DNA of 64,000 nt from Kondoa subrosea (Eukaryota): assembly GCA_039545335.1 (NCBI GenBank), contig BCIN01000001.1:3351136-3415135 (forward strand). The letters run 5' to 3'. The notes below the pieces were generated by a model that made no database searches, was not told where the DNA came from, and saw only the letters and a program-made list of their open reading frames with translations. This document shows positions 1 through 15,576 of this stretch, piece by piece. Made by a program: the position numbers and the translations under genes. Every line of letters begins with the position of its first letter. Position 1 is the stretch's first letter.

Positions 1-213
1 GCCTAACTCTTGATCGCTCTCCGTAATCGATGTTTGCTTCTTTCTCTTTCCTTAAGCTTTATCATCATATATCAGCTTGCCATCCTCGTCATTCTGGATT
101 AGCTTGAGCAGTGCCATCTTCTCTTTCTTTCGTAGCACTTCAAAAGCAGTGCTCAAAGCAGTGATTCTCATCGCCTTACAATTTTGGCTGCTCTTCCGTG
201 CCGTCTTGCTCAT
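1..213 (-). CDS. Possible 5' end of an unidentified gene (MSKTARKSSQN, intron, LLRKKEKMALL...)
   Basis: ATG at 213 followed by a GTAAGG...AAG intron and a short open frame; no recognisable motif, and downstream splicing is unresolved. Confidence 0.25.
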
Positions 214-232
214 TATGGTTCATCAATCTGTT

Positions 233-1520
233 ATGTCGAGCGTGACGAGCGCAAAGACTTGGCGAGCGCCAACAAGGTGATTCGAAGGTTTCTTCTGAAG
301 CCATCCGAAGCTGACTGATCTGACAGCGAACAATGGCAAGCTCGAAGAGGTATGTGCGAGTTCCCTATCAACTAGAACACCTCACTGAAAGCTGCAGCCG
401 CGATGTTCTTACGAGACATGGCAAGTTCTCAACCTTGGATGAGACGAGCGAGCTGACTATGGTTTAGAACGAACGAGTCGAAGAGGCAGAGATATTCCAG
501 TCAGTTATGCCTGGGTACATGTGAATTCTGCTAATAAAGTATAGAATGGAAATGCGAAATATTGTAAGCCTTTTGGCTTTCAACAGCTTCCTTCTTCTAA
601 GTCTATAAACAGGTCGCATGGAGTCAGTCTGAAGCTCTGAGACAGCAAGACATCGCTCTAGAGAACCGTACAAGGTTCATTTGTTGCTCCAAGGGACCTG
701 TTCTCAAGCTAATCCGATGCAAAGATGGCAATACGATCTGGCAGATCGCAACGCTTCTCTACAGTTCAGGCAATCTATGAGCGCTCTCATGGGAAGTCAG
801 CTCGGTGTGTTATCAACGTTCTTATCAACGTTCTTACGCAGACAACAATAATACTCATGTTGCTCTGTTCTGAACGCTACAGGATTTGTGAGTTCAGTAT
901 CGATCGCCTAGCAATTTCACACCTCTTGATATCTCCTCCCTTTTGTTCTTCTTCTAGTCTCCTGGTATGTGTTTTCATGAATGTTTTGATTGCTCGTTCA
1001 AGTTCTTGTATAGAATCGATCTTACGCATGCAACAGACCAACGCCGGTAGGAATCCTTATCTACCATACGGTCTCCCTGGGCCAATGCCTGTACCTGTAT
1101 GTTGTAGCTTCTTCGATAGCAACTTTCGTTTTTGCTCATGTTGGGAAATTTAGAACTTACCGCCAACTGCGGCTCCTATGTGAGCTCCGCACCTACTATC
1201 GTGCACTTGGTTAATGGAGTTCACTTGTTTAAGGCCATTCAATCCTATGATGCCTGGTATTCCTGGAATGGGAGGAATGCCTATAGGAATGCCTCCCAGT
1301 CAGCTTCTTCTACGTGAAGCAACTAGATCTGATTCTTCCATGATCCAGTGCCGCCAATGATGCCAATGAATGCACCTCCTCTTGGTCCTGGACTTTTTGG
1401 ACGAGGAAGCACGAATGCTTACATGATGCCTCCTACGGTACGTGCTCCTGTCATCCATGCTTGCCTCTTGCTTCCCCGACACTCACAAGCGATCTGCAGA
1501 TGCCAATCTTTTAATGCTAG
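233..1520 (+). CDS. Hypothetical micro-exon-rich gene with Pro/Met/Gly-rich C-terminus (end approximate)
   Basis: Regular series of ~35-50-nt introns (277-326, 350-397, GC-AG 421-467, 500-544, 564-612 and others) separating 10-32-nt exons; later exons read GLPGPMP, MMPGIPGMGGMPIGMPP and PPMMPMNAPPLGPG. Frame not fully resolved. Confidence 0.5.
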
Positions 1521-1830
1521 AATCGCTCAAATCGTATTTTTGTATATTTGTTGACTGTACAAGAGCTCTACGGGACTTGAAAATGGTGTGCGTGAGGTAT
1601 CACTGCATTGTAAAGCAATATACATGTCTTGGGCTGTCGTCGCGCTTTTCTTATTCAGGTTCGACCTCGAGGACGACCAACATCTGGACCTACATCCTCT
1701 GGGACTATACCATCGTGATCTGTGGCTCATATACCCTCTTCTTACGCGCGTCAGACTTCCATCGGTTTCAATTCCTCGCACTGTTTATTTTCAACAACAT
1801 TTGGCTTGACCTGAAGTCTAAGGTGAAAAG

Positions 1831-4800
1831 ATGCGTATAGAAGAGCTTGTACTAGAAGGTTTCAAGTCTTATCCAGTCAGAAGTCAGCTCAAAATACTCT
1901 AAGTCACGCGAATCTTAGAGCTGATGTTTGATTGTAGCTACAATTTCTGGCTGGGATTCTAGTTTCAATGCAGTGACTGGTGAGGAGGATATCACATACA
2001 TACAACAGGCTCTCATATTACTGTCAGGCTTAAACGGAAGCGGGAAATCCAACATCTTGGACGCAATATGTTTCGTACTGGGTATAACGAACCTGTCTCA
2101 AATCCGAGCCGCAAACTTGCAAGACCTAATTTACAAACGTGGTCAAGCTGGTATCACGAAAGCCAGTGTGACTATTGTTTTCAACAACTCTGATCGAGCG
2201 ACATCACCTGTTGGCTTCGAAGCCATGCAACAAGTGACTGTAACACGACAAGTAGCCATGAATACACCTTCGAAATATCTCATCTGTGGTCATCGAGCTA
2301 CTCAACAAGCTGTACAGAACTTGTTTCAATCCGTTCAGCTCAATATCAACAACCCAAACTTCCTGATCATGCAAGGCAAAATCACTAAAGTCCTCAATAT
2401 GAAACCGGCAGAAATCTTGGGCTTGATAGAAGAAGCAGCTGGAACGAGAATGTATGAAGATCGCAGAACTAAAGCGGTCAACACTATGGCTAAAAAAGAT
2501 AAAAAGATGGAAGAGATTCAGGAATTGAGAAGAGAAGAGATCAACCCCAAGATGGAGAAGCTTAGAAGCGAGAAACGTACCTTTTTGGAATTTCAAAAGA
2601 CCGAGTCGGAATTGGAGAGACTCAGCAGGCTAGTACTTGCTCACAGTTGGTTCACGCACAGTAAGAAGTGGGGTTTTCGAAGGTCGTGATATGGTATATG
2701 CTGATTTCTATATAGATCTCGGAATATTTCAGCAGAAAAAGCAGCCAAACAAGAAGCTATTCGTGAAGGGCAAGATATGATGAAGCGCCTGGCCGTAGAA
2801 ATGGAAAAGGTCAGATCAGAGATGGTCAAATTAACGAAGAAACGTGACAAGGTAGGTCGTCTTCGTGCAGCAAGTAGCACATCGAGCTTAGAGAAAATCA
2901 GGAATTGGCTGCTGGCGGCAAAATCCAGAAACTAGAAGCTCAGGAGAAGGAACTTTCGATGAGCCTCGCGCGGCTGAAAACTCAGATCGATCTGAAGACG
3001 AGCAATGTCGAAGAAGCGCAGAAACAGGTTACCGAATCTCAGGCATCGGTTGAAGAGGTAAGTCTGATTTTGAGCCTCACATACTATTCTCACACATCTT
3101 GCAGCTCGTTGCTCAGAAGACGCAGAAAGCGGAAGCGAACATCCAGATGAAGACGCAATTCGAGGAGATCAAGAAAGCTTACGATGAAGCAGCTGCAGAA
3201 ATCGATAAAGCAGAATCTCTACTGCAAACCCTGATCACTGGGTTATCTTCCAATGCGGAATCGCAAGACTCTTCGGGCTTCATGGGTCAACTAGCTACTG
3301 CTCGAGCCAAACTTGCTGAAATAGGCGGAGCAACTGAAGAAGCTAAAGTTCGCATTGGTCATTTGCAGAAAGAACTGAAAGAGAAAGAACCTCGAGCTAA
3401 GAGGGCACAGAACGAAGATGGTGGTTTAATGCAAGAGATGACAGCTGCCAAGGCGGAACTAGCCAAACTAGAAGCTCAAGTTGCTTCTATGCATCAAGAC
3501 AATTCGCAACACGAACAACTTCGGACGAACAGAGAAACTCATATGCAAGCAGTCAAGAAACAGCTTGAGAAGCGCGATGCTTTGCGAGGTGGTCTAACTC
3601 GCCTGAACTTTGACTACACGAATCCCACTCCAAATTTCGATCGAAGTTCCGTCAAAGGTCTCATTGCCAATCTCATCACTATCGATGAAGCAAATTTCTC
3701 CAGTTCGACTGCTTTGGAAGTCTGTGCGGGTGGTCGTCTGTACAATGTAAGATCAGTTGACCGTCTTTGAAACAACGCTGACCTCCCGCTGTAGGTCGTT
3801 GTGGACAATGAGAACATCGGCTCGCAGCTACTTGCTAGAGGTCGACTAACACAAAGAGTTACTATTATTCCTTTGAACAAGATCAATGCTTTTGTGGCAG
3901 CGGCAGAGGTAAAGAGGTTATCTAATCTAATGTAACGGCTGCTAACACGAGCTCTGCAGAAAATCACTGCTGCCAGTCGTCTCACAAAAGGCGGCGCAAA
4001 ACTAGCTCTATCTTTGATTGGCTACGAGGATGAAGTAGAGGCCGCTATGAAGTTCGTTTTCGGTAATACTTTGATCTGCGATACAGCTGCTTCAGCCAAA
4101 GCTGTTGCTTTCGATAAAAATGTCAAGATGAAATCCGTCACTCTGCAAGGCGACGTTTACGACCCGTCCGGAACTTTGACAGGAGGAAGTGAACCCAATT
4201 CAAGTCAAATTCTCGTTCGAGTACAGGAGCTGAAAACACTAGAGGAACAGCTCAACGCGAGTAAAGCCGAATTGCACAAAGCCGAGCAAGCTTGGGATCT
4301 TGTTCAACAGAAAGCAGCGAAACTCAGAGATGCTACAACTGCCCTAGACCTGAAGAAACACGAAGTACGCGAACTTGAAGAACGTATATCTGACAGCAAT
4401 GCTGCGAGAGTAAGTTTCAATCACCACAGCTTCTGTGTGCTCTGCTGACCAGTTGTTGAAGATCATTGCCGAAGTTGAAGCTATCAAGCAAAAACTAGCA
4501 GATCTGAATGCGACAGTTGGAGATTCCAAAGGCAAACAGAAAGAGCTCGAAAATGAAAGCAAGCGGATACAGAAAGAAATGGATGAATTCAAAAACAATC
4601 GCGAGTCCAAGCTAAAGGAGATCAAGGTGAGCTCTTCGCCTCGGAAAGATGTGAAAACATGCATCTGAATATCAACGCAGGGTGACATCACCAAGAAGAA
4701 AGCAGCTCATAGCAAACAGACCATCGGCGTCAAGACAATGCAAAAAGAACTACAAGCCGCAACCCTTGAGGCTGGTGAGTGACTATCTGTACTTAACCAC

Positions 4801-6303
4801 TATTCTTGCTGAATCGGTCTGTAGCTCAAATCGATACGGATATCAAACAAGCTCAGGAGCAAGTAGAAGAAAGCAAAGTCGCAGCTGCAGCGGGTCAAGA
4901 AGAACTGGTCGCTTTACAGGAAGAATACGCTGATGTTCATGTCAGTTCCTTCGTTGTGACTTTTCAGCTGATGTCATTATGAATTTGGGCTGCAGACAAA
5001 TCATGCTAGAGTCGAAGCAGCCTACAAAGAAGAAACCCAACAATTGACTGCCTACAAGACTGAACTGGACGAAATGGATCAAGCTTTGAAAGAGAAAGAT
5101 GAGAAGCGATCTACCATCGACGCTGATCAAGTCAAACTGCAGAACGAGATTGAGAAAGCTACTGAAGATGGAAAGAAATCCGACAAGGAGATCAAAGTGC
5201 TTGAGAAGGAACATTCTTGGATAGCAGACGAAAAGGAGTCAGTCTCTCTCCTAATTACACTCTGCGCTGATTGGCTCATAAGGCTTAATTGAAACAGATC
5301 CTTCGGTGTTGTTGGCAGTCAATTCGATTTCGAGGCAGTCAACATGACCGAACAACGAGAGAAGTGCAGTGCATTGCAGCACAAACAGAAGTCCCAAGGC
5401 AAGAAGATCAATCACAAGGTCATGAATATGATTGAGAGGTAAATTTCATATCGCGTCTCTTTACCTAAATTCTCTACTTACTGCTTTTTTCCGCAATAGT
5501 GTTGAGAAGCGCGAAAAAGAGCTAGACAAGATGCATCAGCAGGTTGTCAAGGACAAGAAGAAGATTGAGGAAACGATAGCCAAACTCGATCAATTCAAGT
5601 TGACGGCCCTTCGATCGACATGGGAGAAAGTCAGCGGGTAAGCTTTGTGTGCTTGACTTGGTGATATATCTCTGATCACTTGGCTTTGACAGTGATTTTG
5701 GGAGTATCTTTGGAGAGCTATTGCCTGGCAATTTCGCTAAACTTGAACCGCCTGAAGGTGAAGAAGTCACTGAAGGTCTGGAAGTCAAAGTCCGACTAGG
5801 CTCAGTATGGAAAGCTAGCTTGACAGAGTTGAGCGGCGGTCAGAGGTCAGTACTTTATGCGTACAGCAGACAGCATATGATAAAATTAGTGATGCAGATC
5901 TCTTATCGCTCTATCGCTTATTATGTCACTACTACAATTCAAGCCAGCCCCTATGTACATTCTGGATGAAGTAGACGCAGCTCTTGATCTTTCTCATACT
6001 CAACATATCGGTCAACTCTTCAGAACCAGGTTCAAAGGAAGTCAATTCATCGTCGTTTCCTTAAAAGAAGGTCTCTTCACCAATGCCAATGTCCTCTTCC
6101 GTACTCGCTTTCGTGATGGTACCAGGTTCGTCTTTTGCCTTCAGACCACATCCTGCATTGCTGATTCTTGGGATATGTATAGCGTGGTGGAAAGAACTTC
6201 GCAAAGAACACAGAGTAGTTTGTACGATTCTGAACGGCGTAAGACTGTAGGGAACAAGCAGAGGATAGGGTCGAGTAATTCTGCTGTAAGTGTCGAAGCT
6301 TGA
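1831..6303 (+). CDS. SMC2: Condensin subunit SMC2 (multi-exon)
   Basis: Begins [14 protein letters not shown]; Walker [10 protein letters not shown]; coiled coils; hinge ([18 protein letters not shown]); LSGGQR signature; [11 protein letters not shown]alker B/D-loop. Confidence 0.97.
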
Positions 6304-7630
6304 AGAAGGAGAAGAGGATGTTTTGAGAGGGAGGGTTTGGTTGATTCGTTTCTTCATGCGTTATTTGTTGTAATTTGTGTCATAGAAGCATTGTAAAGGC
6401 CATTATTGCGCACGCCAGAGCTACATAGGGTGATAACCGTTCGCCTATCCGTGCAAATTTGAAGAATAAGCCAAACACCCTGTGCAAATCGCCAGTTCAG
6501 CTGGGTGTAATGAAAGCGGACAAGTGCTCGCTGACCCTTCTTTGTTGCGATCTATCAAGCCTGGTGCTACAGCGCGTACATAGGTGCAAGTGCAGATGAC
6601 CAGCAGGATGACGAGAAGCAGTGACGAGAAATTGAATAGAGCGGTCTGTCAATCAACTTGTAAGCAAGGCAGGTCCACTACTTAAACCTTTGCTGAGCCT
6701 ACCATTCTTTGGGAGGCGATCTGTCTCGTTGATTTGGATCAAACCTCTCTCATCCTGTTTCAACGACTTGTCTTTTTGACCACGACTGTTCACTTGCTTC
6801 TCTCATTGTCTGCGGCGAGCCCGTCAAGTATTCTCGTCCTCTCCAATGTCTTTAGTTTGGCTATTCCCACGGATTGGGCACGATTGCATACTCTTGCTTG
6901 CTTCCCGAGATGCTCTCTTCCTGGCTCTATCTCTTCGTCTTCGTCCTTGCTCTTTTGCTTACTCTCTTCGTCGTCCGCACTGAGTCGATACGAAGAAAGC
7001 AAGGGCATTCTTGCCTCCTTGAGCAGATATTTCGCATTCCAAGATTCTAGCTGTTGTGTGGTTCCTGAACTTGTATGTACGAAGAGTAGCCAGTATGAGC
7101 ATTGTCGCTATGAGGATACGCATCTCTGCGTCAATAGTCACGCCAGGACCATCGCAGAACCAGTCAACCGAGTTTGTCTTTACTAACCTAACTGACTACA
7201 CTCTTTGATCTCTGATGCATTGCTCTTGATTTTTACGAATCAGTCCGTTCACTCAGATGCTCTCGAGCTTGTGCTCAGCTCGAATGGCAGAGTTGATTGC
7301 CCTTAATTCTACTTAGGCTTCAATCGCCGTCAATGGCCGTAAAGGCTTAGAGCAACGGTATTCTGAGTCTGAGGTGAGAGAGGTTGCAATGAGAACAGTA
7401 GAGTAACCCTACACACACGAGGCGACCAGGACGGCGGCCTCAAGTAGCGATGTTCGGAAGACGACCACCGATAAAGAAGAGAAAGGGATCACTTAGACAG
7501 CAATCGCTTGTGTATATAGCTTGACTTCTCGCTCTTATAAGAGTCTATGCCCTTGCCTTGCCCTTGATCACATAATTGTTGATTTGTCAGCGAACCGTTT
7601 GTTTCCGCTCAACCAGGGCTGCTCTCCCAA

Positions 7631-8481
7631 ATGGAGCTCAATAAGATTCTATCTGAGGTAGGTCTCGAGCCTTACTCACTTAGAGACTTGCTGATCTGGT
7701 GCTCAGCCTTCTGAGGCTCTTTCCAAGGCAGAAATGCCTGCTCCGACGCCGCAGCAAGATGAATCTCGTTTGCATGAATTGGCTATGGTCGCTGCGCAGC
7801 TAGAGACTAATGATAAGTCTGATGGTGCTCGTGAGTCACTCTTTGCGCACTGAAAATTTGCACGCACCTTTAGTCTTACGTGATTCTTTTTCGATAGGCG
7901 GAGGAGAACTTCGACCTACCGAGACCGATTCAACAGGTCAGATCGCTGCTCAGCAACGCATCCGTAAGACTATATTGATGATCGTATGGCTTTACAGACA
8001 ACTCTGGACCTTTGAAACGAGGTAAGAAAGGTCAAGGATCGAACATTGGAAGTGCAGATCGAAGGAAAGAACAAAATCGGGCTGCTCAGCGTACTTTTCG
8101 TGAGAAGAAGAACCTCTACTTTCAAGGCTTGGAACAGCAAGTCACCCTCTCCGAAGCTCATTTTCGTGTCCTTTTCCCTTTTATCAACGAGTAAGTCTGC
8201 TCGTATGAAGCTGTCAGTAAGACTGAACTGGTTGCAATAGCCTCCTCAACCAGAATGCTGCACTTCGGAAAACGATGGGCAGACCAGCGGCACCTTTAAG
8301 TGAATTCACAAAGTGCGAACCTCTTGTTGGACTCCTTGAGACCTACGCTTCTCCTGACACTTCAGCAACAACTTCTTCTTCTTCCATTCACTCCAGCGCT
8401 TCTTCTTCTGGCGATGGTCTAGCTAAGCCTCCTTTGCCCCCTGCTCCTCCGAATGTAAGAATTATAAGGGAGGCAGATTGA
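7631..8481 (+). CDS. Yap/AP-1-type bZIP transcription factor (5 exons)
   Basis: Basic region RRKEQNRAAQRTFREKK (N-x-x-AQ-x-x-FR, Yap-type) at ~8060-8110, followed by a zipper continuing over intron 8191-8240; ATG at 7631. Confidence 0.85.
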
Positions 8482-8851
8482 AAAAGAGATTGTTGGGGGA
8501 ACTGTCATTTCTCACATTGTAATCGTTCAAGCACATTAATTGTAGAATAGGTTTCTGGATTTATGCATTTTGAAATGACCAAATAGCATCATTTTGAGTC
8601 CCGATCTTTCCGCCCTTGCCGGAATTTTCGCTTATGTAGGCGTTTAATCGACTTTCTTTCTTGTTCTTTGCCAGTCCTTGACAAGATCACTGCAATGTGT
8701 TGTGTCGCTGCTTTGCTCACTCATCAATCAAACAATACCTGAGAGTAGACAGACAAGAGAGCACTTGCAGCTGGATACCGATTTCTGGCTCTTTCAAATT
8801 GTGCCAATCCTTTACCGCTTTCAATCTCAACAAGTCATTCTTAAACAGAAC

Positions 8852-9670
8852 ATGTCAACCCTTGGTCCTATTCAACCTGAACCAGGAAATCAGGCTTCCG
8901 ATATAGCTAAAACTTCCCTCAATCCGCTTGAAGAGGCTTCGCCCGAAGCTGGTCCTTCAACCAAACTCAGTCCTGATTCAGACTTATCTAGATCTATTCC
9001 CAGAGAGCAGGAAGAACAGGACGAGGAGGAGGAGGAATATAGCGATGGTGGAGATGATGAACGATCTGATGAGTTGGAAGCAGAGACGGGTTTGATTGAT
9101 TCGCAGAGTGATTCCGGACATGGTCGGTCTCAACTTATCCAAAGAGTAGACCGGTACTAAAATGACGATGTGTATGTAGAGGATGTTGATGATGCTGGTC
9201 AGTTTCTTATGCCTTTTCTTCAATCCCATTGGAATGGTTTTTTGATAAGAAGATTTGTGAATAGCGATTGATCAGCAGATTGCTCAACTTGAAGAACTGG
9301 AAGCTAGTCGACCTGAACAATATAGCACCGCTTTTCAATTGATGAAGAAGTATGTTTTTTCCAGTCCGAAGTGTCTATTCCTTTGCAATACTCTTGCTTT
9401 GTCGGACAACTATTGTTTACTTGGAATAGAAGTCTTCTTGTCGAATTGATGCTAAAGTTGGACTCGTGTTGGAACAGGCTTTGTATAGAGAACAACAATC
9501 TTCGAGCCGAACTCGGTCAAACGCCAATGGATCTTGCACAGTTCATCAGCGGTACTGGCCTAGAAGAGTTGTACAACCGTTACGGCGATCCAGAGACATC
9601 GTCATCTAGCAGTGCACGTGGCAGACAACCGCAGATTGAAGAGCAAAAGAAGGAATCAAGCGAGGATTGA
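8852..9670 (+). CDS. Acidic zipper-containing paralogue of the upstream bZIP, lacking the basic region
   Basis: Exons 8852-9122, 9180-9197, 9265-9349 and 9478-9670 splice in frame; the C-terminal part aligns without gaps to the neighbour's zipper region, with a shared phase-2 intron. Confidence 0.75.
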
Positions 9671-10017
9671 AGAATGGGTAGCGTCTTTTTTGGTTATCTG
9701 GCTGCGACTTTTGGGATTCAGTGGTATGGGCGCATGAGAGAAGGATTGAGTAAATTATACTATGATTTTGCATGAAATTCTATTTAAGTCTTTTGACTTG
9801 AGCGAAGGTCGCGATCGCGCAAGCCAGAGACAGTCATTCGATGGTCGATCAGCAGTGGCAGCGAAAGCACATAGACAGTAGAAGAAGAAGAGGGTGAAGG
9901 CAGAGGAAACAAGGGAAAGATGATCGCCATAGCGGGATTATCGGACTCTCGACCGGAAGCTAGGGTACACAGCTTCGAGCGAGTCACTGCTAGGCTCTGT
10001 CTTGACGAACATCAATC

Positions 10018-12228
<2,211 letters not shown>

Positions 12229-12502
12229 AAGCGATGTTTATCTTCAGGGTTTTTGGACGGATAGCTATCAAAAGTGAACGAGAGATGGATGCAACTTAGA
12301 GTATCTGCCTCGTTTCTGGAGATTGACTCTGCTTTCTCCTACCCTTTTCTCATTAGCGCATTTCATCTTATGCTTCGCTTGCTCTCAATACTTTGCATCA
12401 AACATCAAATTGCTGACCTCTTCTGAGCTTGGCTTCCTCCTAAGGGTCGTGTGCCCGATTTTCTGCATAATACAAATACAATGTGAAGTAATACATCTAA
12501 GT

Positions 12503-14102
12503 CTAAGAAGCTGCAATGCTACTAATCTTCTTCTTCCTCTTCTCTCCTCCCTCCAATGCTTTCCGCTTCTTCTTATTGACTGCTTCCCGTTCGCCGTAAC
12601 CCTCACTTCGCATCTGTATCGTTGCTACTCGTTGAGCTGTGGACACTTTATTGAGGTTTTCAAGTACAGTCTCTTCTTGCAGTGAAAGTGCTTGCATTTT
12701 TGTACCTATTCATCATTCAGCCTCATATACATTATATAGGACGATCGTCACCCACCGACGCGATCTTCCACAGCTTGAACCAAATCCACGTCACCCTCTG
12801 TAATGATGGTAATCGCATGACCCTTTTTACCAGCTCTAGCCGTTCTTCCAACTCGGTGCACATAATCATCTGGTTCTCTAGGTATATCCCAATTGATGAC
12901 AACCTGAACTTCCGGAATATCCAATCCTCTGCTACCTACATCTGTTGCGATCAATAAAGGTATACTTGACGCTCTGAATCGATTCAATGAAGCCAACCGT
13001 TCGCGTTGAGGTAAATGAGAATGTAAAGCCGTGTTGGGTATATCGAGTTCATCGAAAAGTAAGGAAAGATGAGCTGCTGTTTTACACCGCGAGACGAAGA
13101 GGATGGTTTGAGGCAAGGGTTCGATTGTGGTTTCTGTATCTACGTCTGTTCGATACGAGGGAGCTGTACTTCTTTTCGGCTTCTCGTTCTTTCGGGTTTT
13201 CTTGTTCTGTATTGGAGCCTTCCGTTGTGCTTTCGCACCGGTCAGCGAGGTAAGATGGGTGAGGAGATAGTAGAGATAGCAATCTCGGACTTGAGATGGT
13301 ACGAAAAGGTAGAGCTGTTGTAAGGAAGAGGGCGTAGTGATGCTACTTGACAGGTCAGCTTTATCGAACTACAAACTGTATTTACTAACGCCTGCTTAGC
13401 CAAATGACAAAAGATAGGTTGCTTTCCAGACGGCGGTTCCCTCTTCTGCAAAGCCAAAATCGGATCCGTCACGGTAGCAGTAAAGAGCAAGGTCTGTTTA
13501 TCTTGCGCAGGCATGGAACCGATAATCACAGCCAAATCTTTGGCAAATCCTTGCTCCAGTAATCGATCCGCTTCATCCAATACCAAAAAGCGTACTCGAT
13601 CAAAGTTCCATTCATCCGTATTGTGATTGAGCAAGAGATCTACTAGACGTCCTGGAGTTGCAATGACTATATGAGGTCTTTGACGCATTTCCGAAGCTTG
13701 TGTCATCATATCCATTCCTCCTACTGCAACCGTGCAGCTGAGATTGACTGCTGATCCAAGTGCTCGAAACTGATCATGAATCTGGAAAGCCAATTCCCTA
13801 TTAAAATCCGCTCAGCTAAGACATAGATGAGTTTTAAGGTGATCGACTGACCTTGTAGGAGTAAGTACAACAGCAAAGATGCCATACGGATCTTTTGCTA
13901 AATTTTGCAAGATAGGTGCAGCGAAAGCAATGGTTTTGCCTGAACCTGTTTGAGCGTTGCCTATGCAGTCTCTTCCTGCTAATATCGGTGGAATACAGGC
14001 AGCTTGAACTTCTGTAGGTGCTTTGATAGACATGCTTCTCAATGCCTTCACTAGAAACGGTTCCAGCCCAATAGAATCAAAGGTCTTCTCATCGCTAGCC
14101 AT
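12503..14102 (-). CDS. DBP8: DEAD-box RNA helicase DBP8/DDX49
   Basis: [68 protein letters not shown]. Confidence 0.93.
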
Positions 14103-14402
14103 GGTAAGATAGCAATGGGAATACTGCTGTGGGTATAACAATTATCAGTCAGATATTGGGTATCGACGTTCGTGAAGAACAAGCTTAGTAAGCAATCTCA
14201 TTGCGAAAACTTGGCACACCGAAGAGAAGTGTTTTGATGCATCGAAAGCGAGGAGCAGGCAAAGTGAAAAGGAACGAAAAAAAAACTAGAACAAAGCTAG
14301 TATGTATTATATGAAGTGTCCAAAAGAAGTGTCAAGCTTAAACAGGTGCATCTACTCCCAAGTCCATCTACTAAAAGCAAAGATTTCATCCGCTACTAAA
14401 GC

Positions 14403-15576
14403 TTAGATGAGGAAAGCGCCAAGGGCAACGGCAGCCAAACCAGAGACAGCCTTTCCGACCTAGACAGAATGATTAGACTCGTAAAAGAAGCCTGGACAAC
14501 GAGACAAACCTGGTTAAGGGTGGCACCAGATGCAGGGGCAGAGGTGGCAGCTGCGGCAGCTGAAGAAGCAGCGCTCTTAGCGGATGAGGCACTGAGACAT
14601 TACTTTAGCACAAAACGATATATTGGAGGAAGCGAGACTTACACTCCACCGGCGGATGAAGAAGCCATTGAGCGAGATGACTCGCTCATAGACATGGATG
14701 ATTTCATGGATGAACTGGCAGCGGCCGATGATGAGCTGGCACTGTACGCGAACGATTTTAGGAAATCGGACGAATTATGGGTAATAAACTTACACAGATG
14801 AGACTGATGATTCGAAAGCAGCGGTTGAAGATGCTGCGATGGTAGAGGCAACGGATCCGCTGTTCAAGCAGGCAGAGCTGACACCTGAAATAGTAATCAG
14901 CACTTTTTTTCTGAAGGAAAAGAAGAAGAGCTTGCCTTGGCCGATTGTGACCTGGTCAGAGTAGTTAACAGCTCCAGTAGAATCTCTGATTTGCTGCGAA
15001 GAGGTGTTAGAGGAAATAAGACAATTGACAAAGAAAACAGAACATACCAGAGTAATGGCCTATTTGCACAAAACATCAATAAATTACATCTTCATTAGGG
15101 ACAGCACGTACAGTGCCAGCAGCAATATCTATGCAACAAATCAGCAGGTATCTTGAAAAACAAGGCCAATGACTTACCAACAGTCCAGGTCAAAGTGTTA
15201 TCCGAAGTTTGACCCTGCAGAGTCAGATGTAAGTTAGCCTGCTGTGTTTCCTGAGGACACCCTGAGACTTGCGAATTGCTTGAGAGGAGAAGCAGATGGT
15301 TGGCCACCAGGGATACTGACGAAAAGATTTCAGCCTCAATGCTACAGATCTGGCAATTCAAACCTTACACGCTCAAGAAGTAAGGAGCCTGTCCACCGGC
15401 CCATTGAAGAAGAGCAGGCTGGCACTGAAGCAGAGAGGCTGGGGTCTATAGTGAAAGAAGTCAGACGCGTCGTGGAAAACCCAATGTTTGTGGCCAGAAC
15501 TTACGTTGATGATGGCACCAGATTGAGCCAAAGCTGAGGCCACGAAGGCGAAGATAAGAGTAGCGGGAACAATCAT
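14403..15576 (-). CDS. Secreted Ser/Ala-rich, probably GPI-anchored cell-surface protein
   Basis: Signal peptide MIVPATLIFAFVASALAQ, Cys-containing N-terminal part, Ser/Ala-rich stalk, hydrophobic C-terminus GLAAVALGAFLI*. Multi-exon; internal exons approximate. Confidence 0.75.

Noticed and set aside
810..837. Short tandem repeat TTATCAACGTTC x2
   Set aside because: Intronic two-copy duplication; not an array or CRISPR.
1699..1720. Minus-strand GATCACGATGGTATAGTCCCAG resembles U1 snRNA stem-loop I; a nearby GGTTCGA resembles a tRNA T-loop
   Set aside because: There is no 5' ATACTTACCTG or Sm site, and no cloverleaf could be built.
7180..7186. TTACTAA Yap response element upstream of the bZIP gene
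   Set aside because: A single AT-rich 7-mer that also occurs elsewhere in the window; not distinguishable from chance.
6734..7186. Overlapping ORFs in the 1.3-kb spacer before the bZIP gene
   Set aside because: Low-complexity pyrimidine-rich sequence with no motifs or consistent splice pattern; probably promoter or UTR.
8108..8128. KNLYFQG in the bZIP resembles the TEV protease site ENLYFQG
   Set aside because: The P6 Glu is missing, and the peptide sits in the normal basic-to-zipper hinge with no vector or tag sequence around it; coincidence.
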